NCBI GenBank assembly: GCA_964016885.1
Contig: OZ024740.1
Location: 70,990,001-71,054,000, forward strand
DNA length: 64,000 bases
Origin: Eledone cirrhosa
Lineage: Eukaryota
Direction of reading: 5' to 3'
The first letter of the stretch is position 1; each line of letters begins with the position of its first letter. Under the pieces are notes generated by a model. The model was not told where the DNA came from. It did no database searches and saw only the letters and a program-made list of their open reading frames with translations. Below are positions 40,113-59,400 of the stretch, piece after piece. The translations under genes were made by a program, and so were the position numbers.

Positions 40113-42529
40113 TCCTCAACCACAACCTCTTCTCGTTCCTCAGCTCCACCAAAGCCCGCAAGCTACACCCCCCCCCCCCCCCCCCACCATCCACCACCAC
40201 CCGCCCATCCCCATACGCCCACCACTCCCCACCTCTCCCCCGACCTCCACCCCCACCCAATCTCCACCCCTCACCACACCCTCCCTTCCCTCCCCTAACA
40301 CCCAAACCCCACCCCTTGTTGTCACCATACCCCCTGACCTCCCCCTCTCCGCACCTGAGCGCTCACTCCTTAGTAGAGGCCTTCGCTTCATACCCCACAC
40401 TCCGCTCAGCGACGAGTTCCGCACCCGAACGGAAGTCGAGCGATTCGTGCGACGCACTAAGCTACAGGCACATTTCGGTCAAACGCCACCGGCTCCGGAC
40501 GCCCCAGACCCGTTTCTCGCCCTGGGCCGACGACCATCTTCTTGGACGCCGGCCCCAGGGCAATTTAGCACCCTGGACGCCTTCGTCGATGCCAGCCGTA
40601 GCGCAGTAAATCGTTTCGACTTCCGCCACCGTTCCAAACGGCACAACATCTCACGGGGCGAACTCCTCGCTCTCCGCTCCCTCCGTAGCCGAGATGACAT
40701 CGTCATCAAACCGGCGGACAAGGGAGGCGCCGTGGTGGTGTGGCGCGCGGACCTCTACAAGGCCGAAGCCCTCAGGCAGCTCTGTAACCCCCTCTTTTAC
40801 CGCCCTCTACCCTCCGATCCCACCCCCCTCTACCAACAACAAGTCTCCTCCACCATCAAAGACCTTATCGCCTCCTCCCTACTCCCCCCCCACCGCTTCC
40901 CACTTCATCGTCCGCACACCCCGCATCCCCACCATCTACTTCCTCCCCAAACTCCACAAACCCGACAACCCCGGCCGTCCCATCGTCTCCGCTTGCAACT
41001 GCCCCACCGAACTCGTCTCCGCCTTTCTCGACACCCTCCTCGCCCCCCTTGTCACCACCCTCCCCTCCCACATCTCTGACACCAACCACGCCCTGCGCCT
41101 TTTCGACTCCTTCACCTACCTACCCGTCCCTCAGCCATTCCTCTTCACCCTAGACATCAAGTCCCTCTATACCGTCATCCCCCACGCCGACGGCCTTCGC
41201 GCCCTCAAACACTACCTCGACCGTCGCCCCTCCCCCATTCCCTCCACCCCCACCCTCCTTCGCCTCGCCGAGCTGGTCCTCACCCTAAATTGTTTCTCTT
41301 TCTCGGGTGAGTTTTACCAACAGGTCACGGGGGTAGCCATGGGCACAAGAATGGGCCCGAACTATGCCAACCTTTTTGTTGGCCATGTTGAGGCCCAAAT
41401 CTTTGCCCAGTACACCGGCCCCACGCCCGAACTGTACGGTCGTTACATTGACGACTGTATCGGAGCCACGACCCTCACCCGAGTACAGCTCGACTCCTTT
41501 CTCTCCTTCTTCTGCTCCTTCCACCCCTCCCTCCACTTCACCACCTCTATCTCCACCACCCACGTCCACTTCTTGGACATCTCCGTCGCCTTCGACCCCT
41601 CCCACCACTCCCTCGTCACCTCCGCCTTCTTCAAACCCACCGACTCCCACTCTTACCTCGACTTCACCTCTTCCCACCCCACCCACACTAAACTCTCCAT
41701 TCCCTACTCCCAACTTCTCAGGATCCGCCGCCTCTGTAGCCGAGATGCTGACTTCGAGTCCCAAGCCCTTTCCCTAGTCAGCCATTTCATCCGCAGAGGT
41801 TACCCCCCCCCCCCCCCCCCCCCTCTCGTCCACACCGCTCTCACCCGCGCCCGTGCTATCCCCCGCTCTACCACCCTCACCCCACGCCACCGCACACCCA
41901 CCCACCGTCTCCCCTTCCCCATCACCTACCACCCCTCCACCTTACCCCTCCACCGCACCATCCGCCGCCTCTTCCGACACCTCCAGTCCGACCCCTCCAC
42001 CTCCCACATCTTCCCAACCCCACCACTCCCCTCCTTCATACGCGCACGCAATCTCCGCACCCTCCTCGTCCACAGCTCCCTACCCCCCAACCCACGCTCC
42101 GTTTCCCCCCCCCCCGGTTCCTTCCCCTGTTCTAGGCCCCGCTGCAACACCTGTCCCCACATCACCAACACCACCACCTTCCAGGGTCCCAACGGCCACC
42201 CTCTCTCGGTCCGGCATGCCTTCCGCTGCACCTCCTCCAACCTAGTCTACGGACTTCGTTGCACGAGGTGCAGCGCGACATATGTCGGACAGACGGGACG
42301 CCGCCTGGCGGACCGAGTCACGGAGCACCTCCGGGACATTCGTCTCGGGGGCAGTTCCCCCATCGCCCGCCACTTTGGTGGCCCTGGACACTCCGCACAC
42401 CATCTCACAGTCTGTGGCCTACTCCAGTGCCACGGAACACCCGCCCATCGCCTCACGGTCGAACAACGTACTATCTTCATCTTACAGACCCCCCCCCCCG
42501 GCCTGAACTCCCCACCCTTATTCCTTTAG
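40113..42529 (+). CDS. PLE RT-GIY-YIG polyprotein, no start codon seen, one frameshift in the C-run at 40884-40891
   Basis: [68 protein letters not shown]-x4-C-x2-C, LVY.LRC..C...YVGQT.RRL..R..EH. Confidence 0.9.
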
Positions 42530-43005
42530 CGTTCGACCGCCCCCCTCCCCCACTTATCCCCCACTAACACCACTAGCACACCCCTCCTTTTCACCGCCCA
42601 CCCCACACTAACAATACTAACACCCCCACCCCACCACTCATCTAACCACCCTTCCCCAACTAACGTACTAACATCCCTTCCCTCCCCTCTTCTCCTCCTC
42701 CCCCCTCCTTATCACACGCACACACTTACACCACCCACCCCACACGCAACTAACATCACTAACACCCTCCAACCCCATGCACACGTACCCACACACCCTC
42801 GTACACCACCAACTCTACACACCCTACCCCCACTAACCCCCACTCACACCTGCATTCCACCCCTCCCCACCTCCCGTCTACTAACACCCACTAACACCTC
42901 CTCACCAAACTACACACACACCAGTACACCACACTCCCTCCATAGAACCACTCACACCCTTCTCTCCCCACTCCACACTCACTCATCCCACTAACACCCC
43001 TACTA

Positions 43006-43046
<41 letters not shown>

Positions 43047-43881
43047 CCTCACTCCAACTCTCACACATACCCATCCTCGCCTCCCTACCATTCCGCTGAC
43101 TGCTGCTATGCCCTTCCGACCACTGTCTCAGCACCCACTGACCACAGCACTCCCACTGCTGACCACTTCCTGTTGCGCGCGCACCCCACATCTCTCCTCT
43201 TCCGACCACCGCTTCTTGGATTACCCACACGCGTTTTGACTTCCAACCAAAATCTCCATACATCCGTGTAACTTACCACTTTTCAACCATCCTCTAACAC
43301 CATCACCTATATAACTCACCCACACACACATCCCAAAACAAATTTTTTTATCCACACGCCACCCACACCCACAACACGCTTAAACCACACACACGTGCTT
43401 CCCACCACATATTTACACCCTCAGCCCCCTGATTCCTCTCCCCCCACCCCCTATCCACACACGCACAGACCCTCCGACACACAAAAACACCCCCCACACA
43501 CACCTTCCTGAACATGCAACCCCGTTCTTCCCCCAACCCTCACTTTCACATACACACACACACACACACACGCACACCTAACCACACACACCACCTTCAG
43601 CCCTCCCCGCTCGGACACCCCGTCTCCCTCTCCCCACTCCACCCGCCTCCACCTCTACTCACCCCACACCCTTCCACCACCTGTTTACCCCCCTTTTAAT
43701 TTCAGTTTATTTTGATCATGCCTTTATTTTTAAATGTTCTCATTCCTTGTATTTTGATCATGCTTTATTTTTATTTATTATTTATTATATTTTTGTCTTT
43801 ATTTGTTAATTTTTCATTCGCACCGTTTCCTTTCGCTATATGTCTCTCCACCACTCCCCTACACACCTTTTGAACTCTTAC

Positions 43882-43912
43882 CTGAAGAAGGGCTTATGCC
43901 CGAAACGTCGTC
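43882..43912 (+). ncRNA. Minimal hammerhead core in the Neptune pLTR
   Basis: CTGAAGAA-GGGC/TTAT/GCCC-GAAA-CGTCG-TC; no local stem I visible. Confidence 0.65.
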
Positions 43913-43996
43913 CTCCACCTACCCCCCACTCTCCTGAGCGTGAATCTAATAAACATTTGTCGTACTGCCTCTCTGTTCTGTCCCTGTTCAATTTTT

Positions 43997-44039
<43 letters not shown>

Positions 44040-44195
44040 AATTGAAATACTAGAGTAGTTAAATACTAGTGGAGTTAAACACCCTCTTCGTATTATAGAA
44101 ATGACAGTAAAGGTATAGCTCAATGTAATTAAACAGAGCCGAAGAATTATGAAAATAAATCAAAGAAGCCTTCAATACATCAAAAGTCTTTATTA

Positions 44196-44233
44196 GCCAA
44201 CAATGTTTCGTCCTATTAAGGACTCATCAGGGC
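44196..44233 (-). ncRNA. Type I hammerhead in a PLE pLTR-like segment (~44040-45210)
   Basis: - strand reads GCC-CTGATGA-GTCCT/TAAT/AGGAC-GAAA-CATTG-TT-GGC. Confidence 0.7.
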
Positions 44234-45237
44234 AATTAAAGCTATAAGAAGCACTATCAGCCAATACAAGCCGAAAACTCAGAAGAATATGGAGTGTACA
44301 TAGATTAAATCATAGGAAAATAATCGGGTAAAAATCATCAAGTAAAAAATTATCAAGTGCTAATTGCTAAGGAAGTAAGTAACATTTTGAACCATATTAC
44401 AAATATAGTCCAATGCAAAAACTAGAGCTAAAACAGTGGTGGTGATATAGAGCGGGAATTATTGTACTATACATAATATAATATAATATAATATAATATA
44501 ATATAATCAATAATGACAATATTAATAATGTTAAAAGGCCCAATATACATATATATATATATATATACATATGTACACACATGTACATATTTATCAATAC
44601 CCATTTCCATCAATAGAAGCACAAACTAACCCTTATCAAGAGTTTAAATATAAATAAGAATAAGAATAATAAAAATAAAAATACAAATGAAAATTAAATT
44701 AAAATATAATGCATATAATATTTACAGTATAAAATGAAGAATAAATGATTAAAAGTAAGCATAAAATATATAATAAACTATATAATTATATAATAATATA
44801 AAAGATAATCTCCGGTTAATTTGCACAAACAATATAAATGTTACAATAACAACTAAAATCACAATATTATAATATAATGGCATATAACTTAACAAATCAT
44901 ATAGATTTACAGTCAGGGTGAGAAAAGAATATTGTACAGAACTAAATTATATTGGAAAAATTATGTTGGAAATATATCAAAACCATTGCAAGAAAATAGA
45001 TCAAATTTCTATACATTTGGTGTAAATAAATAAATATTATCCAAACATTACATGAATTATAAAAATGTCAACATATTACAGGATTTACAGAATTTAACAT
45101 AACATAATGGTACATATAACAAGAGTGACAACGGAAGTAAAAAAAAATTGCATAAAATTAGCAGTTGAAAATTGCAAACAAATATCGTCCGCACCCTGTA
45201 TCTGAATATATATATATATATGTATGTATGTATATAT

Positions 45238-45298
<61 letters not shown>

Positions 45299-45299
45299 A

Positions 45300-45622
45300 G
45301 GGATAACAAAATATCGTTATAGGTAATCCAGTAAGAGGTTGTGAATACTTCGTATTATGGATAGTTTTAGCGTACGTCGTTGTTTGACTCAACAAGGGGT
45401 TTACGTAGGTGGCGAGTTTATGAGTTCTCTTGTATTCCTATGTAAGTTTATCTTGGAGTAATAATATTGAAAGAGTGAAGAATAACATGGTCAACAGTAC
45501 AAAAAAGGGTTTTTACAGTCTGACATTTGTTCCACTGATTAAACAGTGAAACAATTGTCAGACTGTAAATAAAACCTTTTTTTTTTTGTGGTATTGATCA
45601 TGTTATTCTTCACTCTTTCAAT
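45300..45622. mobile_element. Fold-back pLTR fragment (family D)
   Basis: Hairpin centred near 45540 (TTTACAGTCTGACA...TGTCAGACTGTAAA; GAAAGAGTGAAGAATAACATG paired with CATGTTATTCTTCACTCTTTC). Flanked by (TA)n; homologous to 18520-18760. Confidence 0.65.
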
Positions 45623-45643
45623 ATATATGTATATATATAGATG

Positions 45644-50961
<5,318 letters not shown>

Positions 50962-51060
50962 TGCTGTGGGATGCTTAAAGCGTCCGTAAATGGTATGCCG
51001 TTTGAGCACTCGATGCTCTTACAGAGCAGAGTATGATATCACATAGAAACGGAGAATCAG

Positions 51061-51462
51061 TGTTGCGACGAATAAAATTTATTAGACATATTACAATCGT
51101 TTCTCTGGCGACCAGCTCGAGGCACGATCGATGTAATGATCGAACCTGACTTTGAAATCGCGGAAGAGAAGCAAACTAACAAGGTGTAGCACTTAGCCAA
51201 AAAAGTTCGGCCCTGTCGACAAGGGCCCAACAGCAATTCTTCCATTGGCATTTCAACTACACACAGGGGATCATACAACTCCTTTGCACTGCGAGCTTAC
51301 TGCTACATGTGCTGGTGTGTACGTCCTGAAGCAAGTTGTCACTTTGTAATCGAACATAGCATAATAAACACATATTCTTTTTTCTTTATAAAGAAGTGAA
51401 GTAAAGATATCTCTAAGCAAAATTATTGTATTTGTCGTGTTTATACCCCATCGTTCATAACA
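51061..51462 (+). mobile_element. Possible solo LTR
   Basis: TGTTGCGACGA...TCGTTCATAACA termini; shares GAAGTGAAGTAAA and TTATACCC with 37904-38582; no TSD. Confidence 0.35.
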
Positions 51463-51476
51463 GCACTAAAACTACA

Positions 51477-51541
<65 letters not shown>

Positions 51542-53245
51542 TTATGTTAATTAAATAGCTCTGTAGTATACATAGAGCACTCTCCTTTCATTTACCCTTC
51601 CTACGGAAATACTTCATATATATATGATGTAGAAAATGGTATGTTTAAGAAATCTAAGGCAATGCGGAATGGACGGGAACATGAAGGCAACAAAAAAGTT
51701 TGTTACCTGGTATTTATTATTATTGTCATTTTTTTTTTTTTTTTTTTTTTTTTGTCCTAATATTTCGGGACTTAACAATCCCTTCTTCAGAGTATGGGGA
51801 ACTCGCAGAGCAAAACGTTCCAGTTTTTATCGCTTTGAATTTGAAATTTAGAAACCGCTTTGAAGCGTTTTTTGTTTTGGGAGGATGACGTCAATTGACA
51901 TATGTATAATCTAATTGAAGCATTTCTTGTGTAAATTGTTGTTTAAGCTGCGTGTGTGTGTTTTATGGTGTCAAAAAATACAAAAGAAATAAAATAGACA
52001 TTCACAACAACACACTTCATCACTACAACATTTTCTTGTGATTCTGAAAAATTTATTTGTATTTTATAATTTGTATTGTTTTTCAGAGAGAGAGAGGGGC
52101 AGGATGAAAATGACCATTCTTTGAAATAGTACAGGTCAAAAGTTCATTTCACTTAACCAAGGAATTTTAGCAACTGCCTACTTACCCGCATTTATAAAAA
52201 GATCCAAAACACACACACACGAAAGAAAATGGACAAAGTCCTTGCTTTCCCCCTCTTTTCTTCATTTATGACATTTCTAGATAGTTCTTTCCTTCCTTTC
52301 CTATACACAACCAGATCTGCCCTTCTTTACTCCTTCCCCCTTTTACTCAAAGTATGTGGTATCTGATACCACTAAAGTAGAGCAATATTGTTGTGGTGTG
52401 TCTAAAAGATAAAACCAAGGGTCCTGGGTTGTTGCTAGGCCTCATCACTGGTGGAGGGCCTGAAGCAAATACCCCGTCTGCCTTGATTTAAATCCTGCCC
52501 TGGTGATGGGTTGGTTTGATGTATGTGTGGGTCTAAGACAAAGTCGCCTTCTATTGCCCCACCCATTTTTGTTCAACATCATCCTTAGATTTGTCATGAA
52601 AGATCAGGTATCTTTTGTAGGAGAGGAGGGGGGGTTCCTAGTTGTGTCGTGGGGTAACCATAGTTAAAAAAGATATTCAATGCGTTGGTAGAGTGAGTAT
52701 GGGCATGAAGAATGAAGCAGTTCAAGTCCTGTAAAAGTCATTTCTATATATAATAAATAAATTTATATATATGTGTGTGTGCGTGTGTACAGAGAGAGAG
52801 AGAGGAGGGGGGAGAGATGAAAAGCTCCTGCTCCTCAAACATCCGGAAATGTATATGTTTGACCAATCCAAAGCTGAATTACCTTCACTAATAATACTGA
52901 CTATTCAGATATATCCATAAGCTACAATACCTCCTTACAAGTCAATTCCCTTTTCTATATCGACATTAACAGCCTTAAAGCAAATTTACACAGCGCTGAA
53001 TTTGAATGGAAGGACCCGGTCTCTATAGATCCTGAACTCGTTTTAAATCAGACATAAATCCGCCCACATCCCCGTCTTTCCCATCGTCGCCTGGGGGCTG
53101 TGGCCGTCATCTAAGAGAAACTTCATTATTATAAGACTATCTAGAATAAGAGAAAATATGGCAAGCTTATAAGTCAAAAGTCCAATATATCGGATCATTT
53201 ACTGTTTGCATACAATTTCATTATTGCAATGTGTTTTCTCTAAAG

Positions 53246-53564
53246 CAGGTGCGTAGAACAGGCGGTCTGCGGGCCACAATCCGGCCCACCAGACAAGTCA
53301 GAGTGGCTCGCGAATAACGTTTTTAATTTTTACCTTGTAGGTTTATTTAGAATTTTTTTAGTAACCGTAATACAATTTTCTGTTAGTTGACCTATACTAA
53401 AGGGCTTCACTAATAGGGTTATGTGTCTTATAATTTCCCAGTTCCATGTTATGGAAAGAAGTTGTAGTGAATCTTTGGAATAGTGCTTAATAAATATTAA
53501 TGGCCCTAATAGTTGTTCCAATATTCAAAAGTGGCCCGCAAATGGAATATTTTGCACACCCCTG
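53246..53564. mobile_element. hAT (Charlie/Buster-type) MITE
   Basis: Perfect 8-bp TSD CTCTAAAG; CAGG...CCTG ends; subterminal GCGGGCCAC/GTGGCCCGC. Confidence 0.85.
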
Positions 53565-53970
53565 CTCTAAAGTGTATTGAATCTCAAAAGTTTTCCGAGT
53601 TCACTATAAATAATCGTTGAGAAAATCAGGAAAATCAGGGAATAGAAAAAAACGGACAAAGGCTTCTGCCAGGAATCAAACCCTGCATCACACAGATGCC
53701 GGGTAAATGCATTAACCGATACCCTAAGGGTTCCCTGGCCACCAATTGCCGCCTTTTAGAAGAGTTTATGTTTGTAGTTAGAATCATGACCATTATGTTG
53801 AACAGAAACAAGGATGTATTTTGTTGAAGTTCATACTATGGAGTTGCATAACTGCTATCGATTAGTTAATATATCGATGAAATCTTTGTTTATATAGCCC
53901 TTTGAAACGATATAAAACAATGTTTAACGATTGTTTCAAAGGGCATTGTAAACTAAGATTTCATCGGTAT

Positions 53971-54359
53971 AATTGTTTCTACTTTTTTGGCACAAGGCCA
54001 GCAATTATACCAGTGTATTACTGGTGCTTTATTTTATCGACCCCGTAAGGACGAAAGGCAAAGTTAACCTCGGCGGGATTTGAACTCAGACCGTAAAAGG
54101 CCGTAACTCTGCTGAAAAGCATGGCGTCCGACCCTCTACCGATACTGTCAATCCACCGCCCTTCATCGATATAATTGTTTCTACTTTAGGCACAAGGCCA
54201 GCAATTAACCAGTGCATTACTGGTACTTTATTTTATCGACCCCGTAAGGATGAAAGGCAAAGTTAACCTCGGCGGGATTTGAACTCAGATCGTAAAGGGA
54301 CGTAACTATGCTGCAAAGCATGGCGTCCGACCCTCTACCGATACTGCCAATCCACCGCC
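53971..54359 (-). mobile_element. Two head-to-tail SINE copies
   Basis: 53971-54161 and 54172-54359 are both near full length, separated and flanked by TTCATCG(G/A)TA. Confidence 0.88.
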
Positions 54360-54693
54360 TTCATCGATAGCAGTTATGCAATTCCATAGTATGAACCTCG
54401 ACAAAATACACCCATGCTGCCGTTCATTCTCATATGCTATATCAGACAAATTTAAAAAAAAAAAGATTTTTTTGAAATCTCCAAGAGTTGTCTCCCCTAT
54501 ATCTGGTACGATTAATCAGATGCCTTCAAGAATTTCTGAGTACCATGCTTAGTTGCCACGTATTTTAAGTAATATGAAATAACTCTGTTTACATACCGAG
54601 AAATCATTCTTTCGTAATAATAATTCACACGGAGATAACGATACACACACACAGACAGACACACAAATATATATATATATGTATATATGTATA

Positions 54694-54910
54694 TATATAA
54701 AGAATGAATAATAACAGGTAGACATCATAAAAAGGTAATTTATTCCGTGTGCTAATGATGTCTACCTGTTATTATTCATTCTTTATATACACTCCGGAAT
54801 ACAGAAGGATCAGGAACTAAGTTTCTTCAACAATTCTTCCATAACTCGTATAGTAACCTCTCACCGTACGTTAACCATTACTACATCTTAGATAATCCTA
54901 TACCTAATAT
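54694..54910. repeat. 34-bp perfect inverted repeat followed by a pLTR-like tail, between TA runs
   Basis: 54694-54727 pairs with 54756-54789. Confidence 0.65.
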
Positions 54911-55027
54911 ATATATATATATATATTGGAAAATGTGTGAGATCCTTGGTAGAGTTAGGTATATCAAATTATTTAGCACTACAAGTGAAGTCATTCTTTT
55001 CCTTTTTTTCATATATATATATATATA

Positions 55028-55263
55028 TGAATGAATGAATGAATGAATGAAAATATCGTGTACAGTGCTCAGGTGCACTACAACTCATCAAAAGTGTATG
55101 TATAGTACATAGGGTAATGTACAAACGCCAGGAAAATGAACAGTGTATGAGTCATGATATACACATGTGTGCATGTGTATGGAAGGGGCACATCGGGTGT
55201 AGTTTTGGCGTATTTCGGGAAGCATGATGGTTTTAAAAGATGCAGTGTCTCGGCAGCTAACAG

Positions 55264-55266
<3 letters not shown>
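55028..55266 (-). mobile_element. LINE (CR1/L2-like) 3' end with (ATTC)n tail
   Basis: (GAAT)n on + followed by a unique 3'-UTR-like segment ending at (TA)n; family assignment tentative. Confidence 0.4.
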
Positions 55267-55334
<68 letters not shown>

Positions 55335-55369
55335 CACATGATTCAAAGTTCTGTTCAAACCATTTATTA

Positions 55370-55414
55370 GCTTACAATTGTTTCGTCCAAACCGAGGTTT
55401 GAAGTCTTCGGAGC
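55370..55414 (-). ncRNA. Degenerate hammerhead in a PLE remnant
   Basis: - strand reads GCT-CCGAAGA-C-stem II (CAAACC/GGTTTG)-GAAA-CAATTG-TA-AGC; core U changed to C. Confidence 0.5.
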
Positions 55415-56100
55415 AATTTTTCAATGATTGTTTACATACATGACCTCCTTTCCAACACAAGAGACATACAGGAACATATGTATATATCGATGCACAGTGG
55501 GGTGACATCCATTATAATATTTTTGCATGGCAATTTAAATTCAAAAATTAAAATCATATTAAAACAAAATTAAAGTTAAAATACAACATCGGCAGTTTAC
55601 GAAGATAATGGAAGAGGATAGTTTGTTAGTTAGTTGAAGTAGTTAGTGCATGCAATAGTTACACGTGGGGCATGCACGCGTGTCTTATTTATATAAGATT
55701 ATTGTGCGGCAAGGTGTTATATGCAATACAAGCACTTTAAGCGGGTAATCAAGAGTATTATGGGGGTTGTAGTGGTAAAGTATTTTTTATGTATGATAAA
55801 GAAGCTTGTGTGCAGAGAAATATTATAAATGAGAAGCAAAATAATGTTATGGTTTTTGTATACACCACCATTTTCACAATCCAGGAAACGTAATATATAG
55901 TTTATATGTCCTTCACATAATTAACGATGATTCAGTATTGGATGTTTGATGTAGAACAACTGATGTTATTACATTGAGCTATTTATCTTACTGGTAATAA
56001 GGTAGTAATAATTGACTGTCTTTCACTGTTTAGGGTTTAAAATATATATAACTATAAAAAGTTTTAGTATATACATAACCATAAATAGTATCCTTAATAA

Positions 56101-56138
<38 letters not shown>

Positions 56139-56341
56139 CTAAGATCGTCAATCGCCCTAACCTGTGCTTAAATATATTCAGAAAATCAAGCTAATCGTGA
56201 ACCCAAGCCAGGCATAAAAAATACGCCTATCCAACTGTATCCCCATCTCTCGTTAAACCAGCCACCGAAGCGCACCAATTACTGGTATTGGGGAAGACAG
56301 GAGTTATGAAGCTGCAGTTGTCATATTTCGTAGTTCTATAA

Positions 56342-56478
56342 AATTGTTTCTACTTTAGGCACAAGGCCAACAATTACCCAGTGCATTACTGGTACTTTAT
56401 TTTATCGACCCCGTAAGGATGAAAGGCAAAGTCAACCTCGGCGGGATTTGAACTCAGATCGTAAAGGGACGTAACTAT
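56342..56478 (-). mobile_element. SINE, 5'-truncated
   Basis: Near-identical to 54172-54310. Confidence 0.85.
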
Positions 56479-59400
56479 GTATGGGTGTGTGTGTATATGT
56501 ATGTTTCCTTTGCTTTCTAAACACTCGTTCTTAACCACACAGCTTTGTCCCTTTCAATTCACATGTATATATGTACGTATGTATGTATGTGTGTGTGTAT
56601 GCATGTATGTATTATGTATGTATGTATGTGTATTTCCGCATTTTCTTTACCCTATTTGTATATATCATATTCCTCTGTATATACTACCGCCCACTGTGCT
56701 TTTTACAATGTTCTACCTCTATCCCTTATCCCCTGTCACTCTGTCTCATCCTTTCTTCCTTACATCATATTTTTAACATCTTTGCTGAACCAACGAGGAA
56801 ACCTACCCGGGTCCCTTCACATGCTAAACAAAGCAGTCAAATTGCCTTTAAATTATATATCACCGTTTCAAAAAAAGGAATATCACATAAGTTTTAGATT
56901 CCCCCACCAGACGGTATGGTCATGGCTGAAATGCCTTTGATCATATGTCTGATCGATCAGGTGTCACTAGGAGTTAAACAACAGTATTTTCTGTATAATA
57001 TGTGTCGGCAACTTTCCTACGCATAAAATATTCATTCTTTCACTATTTACAATATTTCCTTTTCTTTTTCATTTTTAATTCTGGGAAATTATTTTGTTAA
57101 GTTTCAAACATAGTTATTTAGTGTAACACCACTACCTCCTCTGCTTCTTTCCTTTACCAGTTTATCGTAAGTTTTCATATTATCACAAGTTCTCTTTCCC
57201 GCTTTCTTCCTCGTCTTTCTTTTTTTCTTCGTTCCTTTCTTGCTTGGTTTTGCGCGCTAATAACTTCCGTTCAAGCGGATCAACATTAATTTGGAGTTTT
57301 AATTTGAAAGTTTAGGCCTGGGCTTATCGGGCTATCCTTACAACAGTGAGCGGGCGAGAGAGAGAGGGAGAGAGAGAGAGAGAGGGGGTTACAGTATGAG
57401 AGAAAAGATGGAGATAAGGACAGAGTAAATGTGAGAGAAATACAGAGTTAAAATGACAGAGAACATGAATGGGAGTGAGGAAGAAAAAAGAGGAGGGTGA
57501 GAAGCGAATAGAAAGGAAAGAAAAAAACAGAGGAGATAACGATAAAGAAAGTGTAACAAAGAATTGACTTATAGACAAAGTTTGATAAGTAAAGAGAGAG
57601 GGAAAAACTTGTAGCTATTTCTTCATTGTTGTTACAAACGTTATAGTTTTGTTCTGAACAAGGAATTTAATCTCAGATTTTGGATTAAAAGGAATACTTG
57701 GGGAAATGTTATCACATGCTGAATTACTGTCTTCGTACTTGTTTCTTATGTAAGTTTTATTTTATTTTTCCGTGTTGCATTCTATTGATGTTTGTTATTT
57801 TTCCTGTCAACGTTTGAAATGTCGTGTAGAACTATTTGCCATATCATTTCCGAAAAAGTTTTTCATAACTAAAGAATTAATGGCATTTACCTTCTAACGA
57901 CACAAACTACACACGCACGTTTACAGAGAGAAAAGAAAAAAAACAAGTATATAGTTTAAATAGTGAGGTATTTCTCATAAATAACTTACGTAAAAAAATT
58001 AAATAACGGCATTAACTTAGTTTATTTATTTTATTTTATTTGTTAATTTATTTTAACTGTAACAAGCAGAAACTGAAAGAAAAAAGGAGATTTTATCATT
58101 TGTTTGTTAATTTTATTTATTGATTTTTTTCTGTTAGTACCAAAAATTACTAGCTGAGTAGTGGATCGATTTAATCGACTATACACACCTATCGCCCTAA
58201 ATTTGAAACATTGTGAACATGTCAGAAATCAATAGCTTTTGTTTCTGTTATTTGTTTAAAATTAATAGGATAATTAAATTTTTGTTGTAGTATAACATTT
58301 TTATTTACCGAAGAGTTGTATCCAGCCTTCTTCCAACAAAATTATTTCGTTTTTTTCTTTCTTTTTTTTTTGTGAGTGTGAGGTGGGTATGGTTCACAGC
58401 GTACAACTGGAGTTAACTGAAGGTCTGCTTACATTAAAAACAAATATTGTTATTAATATGGTTAGGTTTGCCACGGGGGTCAATAAAATTAAGTACCAGT
58501 GATGCACTGGGGTCGATTTAATCGACTTTCTCTCCCCTTCAAATTGCTGGCCTTGTGCCTAAATCAGAAACCATTTATCCTTACAGGGACGACTTAATCG
58601 ATTTTCCTCTTCCCTTCAAATTGCTGGCCTTTTGGCAAAAGTTGAAACAGTTAAGAAATGGGAGATAAGCGAATCCGATAACATGACATCCTAATGAAGC
58701 CTTTAAGAGAAGGGTTCAACCAGTCTATTAGTCCAAGGGCCGGGAGAACCAATGAAGGAACCCGTGATTATTTTAACGGCCTCGTCCTAAAAAAAAGAGA
58801 AAGAAAAGAAAACGCACAGCTCCCTTGAAATGTGAGAGGAGTTCCCTAGCCTCGGGGTCCGAAACTGTCTTGTTCCGCCTCGAAAATTTTCTCTTAGAAG
58901 TCCTGTACCGAATCATGTTTAACAGGAACAAGGTCACATATTTGTGGGAAGGGAACAGGCCATTATTAAATCAACCACAGTACTTGTCTGACAAGGTACC
59001 TCTACATGCTCGCTCGGCCTGCTAGAAATAGCAGCCAAATCTTTCTCGAATCATCATCTTAGAAAAGAAGACACTGAATAAAATGGTACTGAATTTTTTG
59101 TACATAAGGAAAACAGGACATAGTCACAGCTGAAATGTTTTTGATCATAGATTAGCCCGGTCAAAGCTGACCTGGAGTTAAACTAACTACAAAAACGGGT
59201 ACTTCTATTATAATTCCATTAACATCTAAGATACCTTATAGAGATATTAGTTCGAATAGGCTTTGTAGCCTCTAAACCCTAAAGGGACGCAACACATCGC
59301 TATAGCGTTTCACCAGCATCTTCCTTCTGTTGTCTGTATCTGTTTATGTATTTACGTGTAGATGTACATATATCTAACTAAAGCGTAACGTACGTTACGA

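Larger units (their letters stand above)
40113..44000 (+). mobile_element. Penelope-like element, Neptune-type, C-rich, inserted in (TA)n
   Basis: RT + GIY-YIG ORF, ~1.4-kb C/A-rich 3' region, HHR core near the 3' end, TA runs on both sides. Confidence 0.92.

Noticed and set aside
38510-40305. Long [14 protein letters not shown] ORFs here and across the window
   Set aside because: Translations of (TA)n, (TG)n and (CA)n microsatellites, which lack stop codons in some frames.
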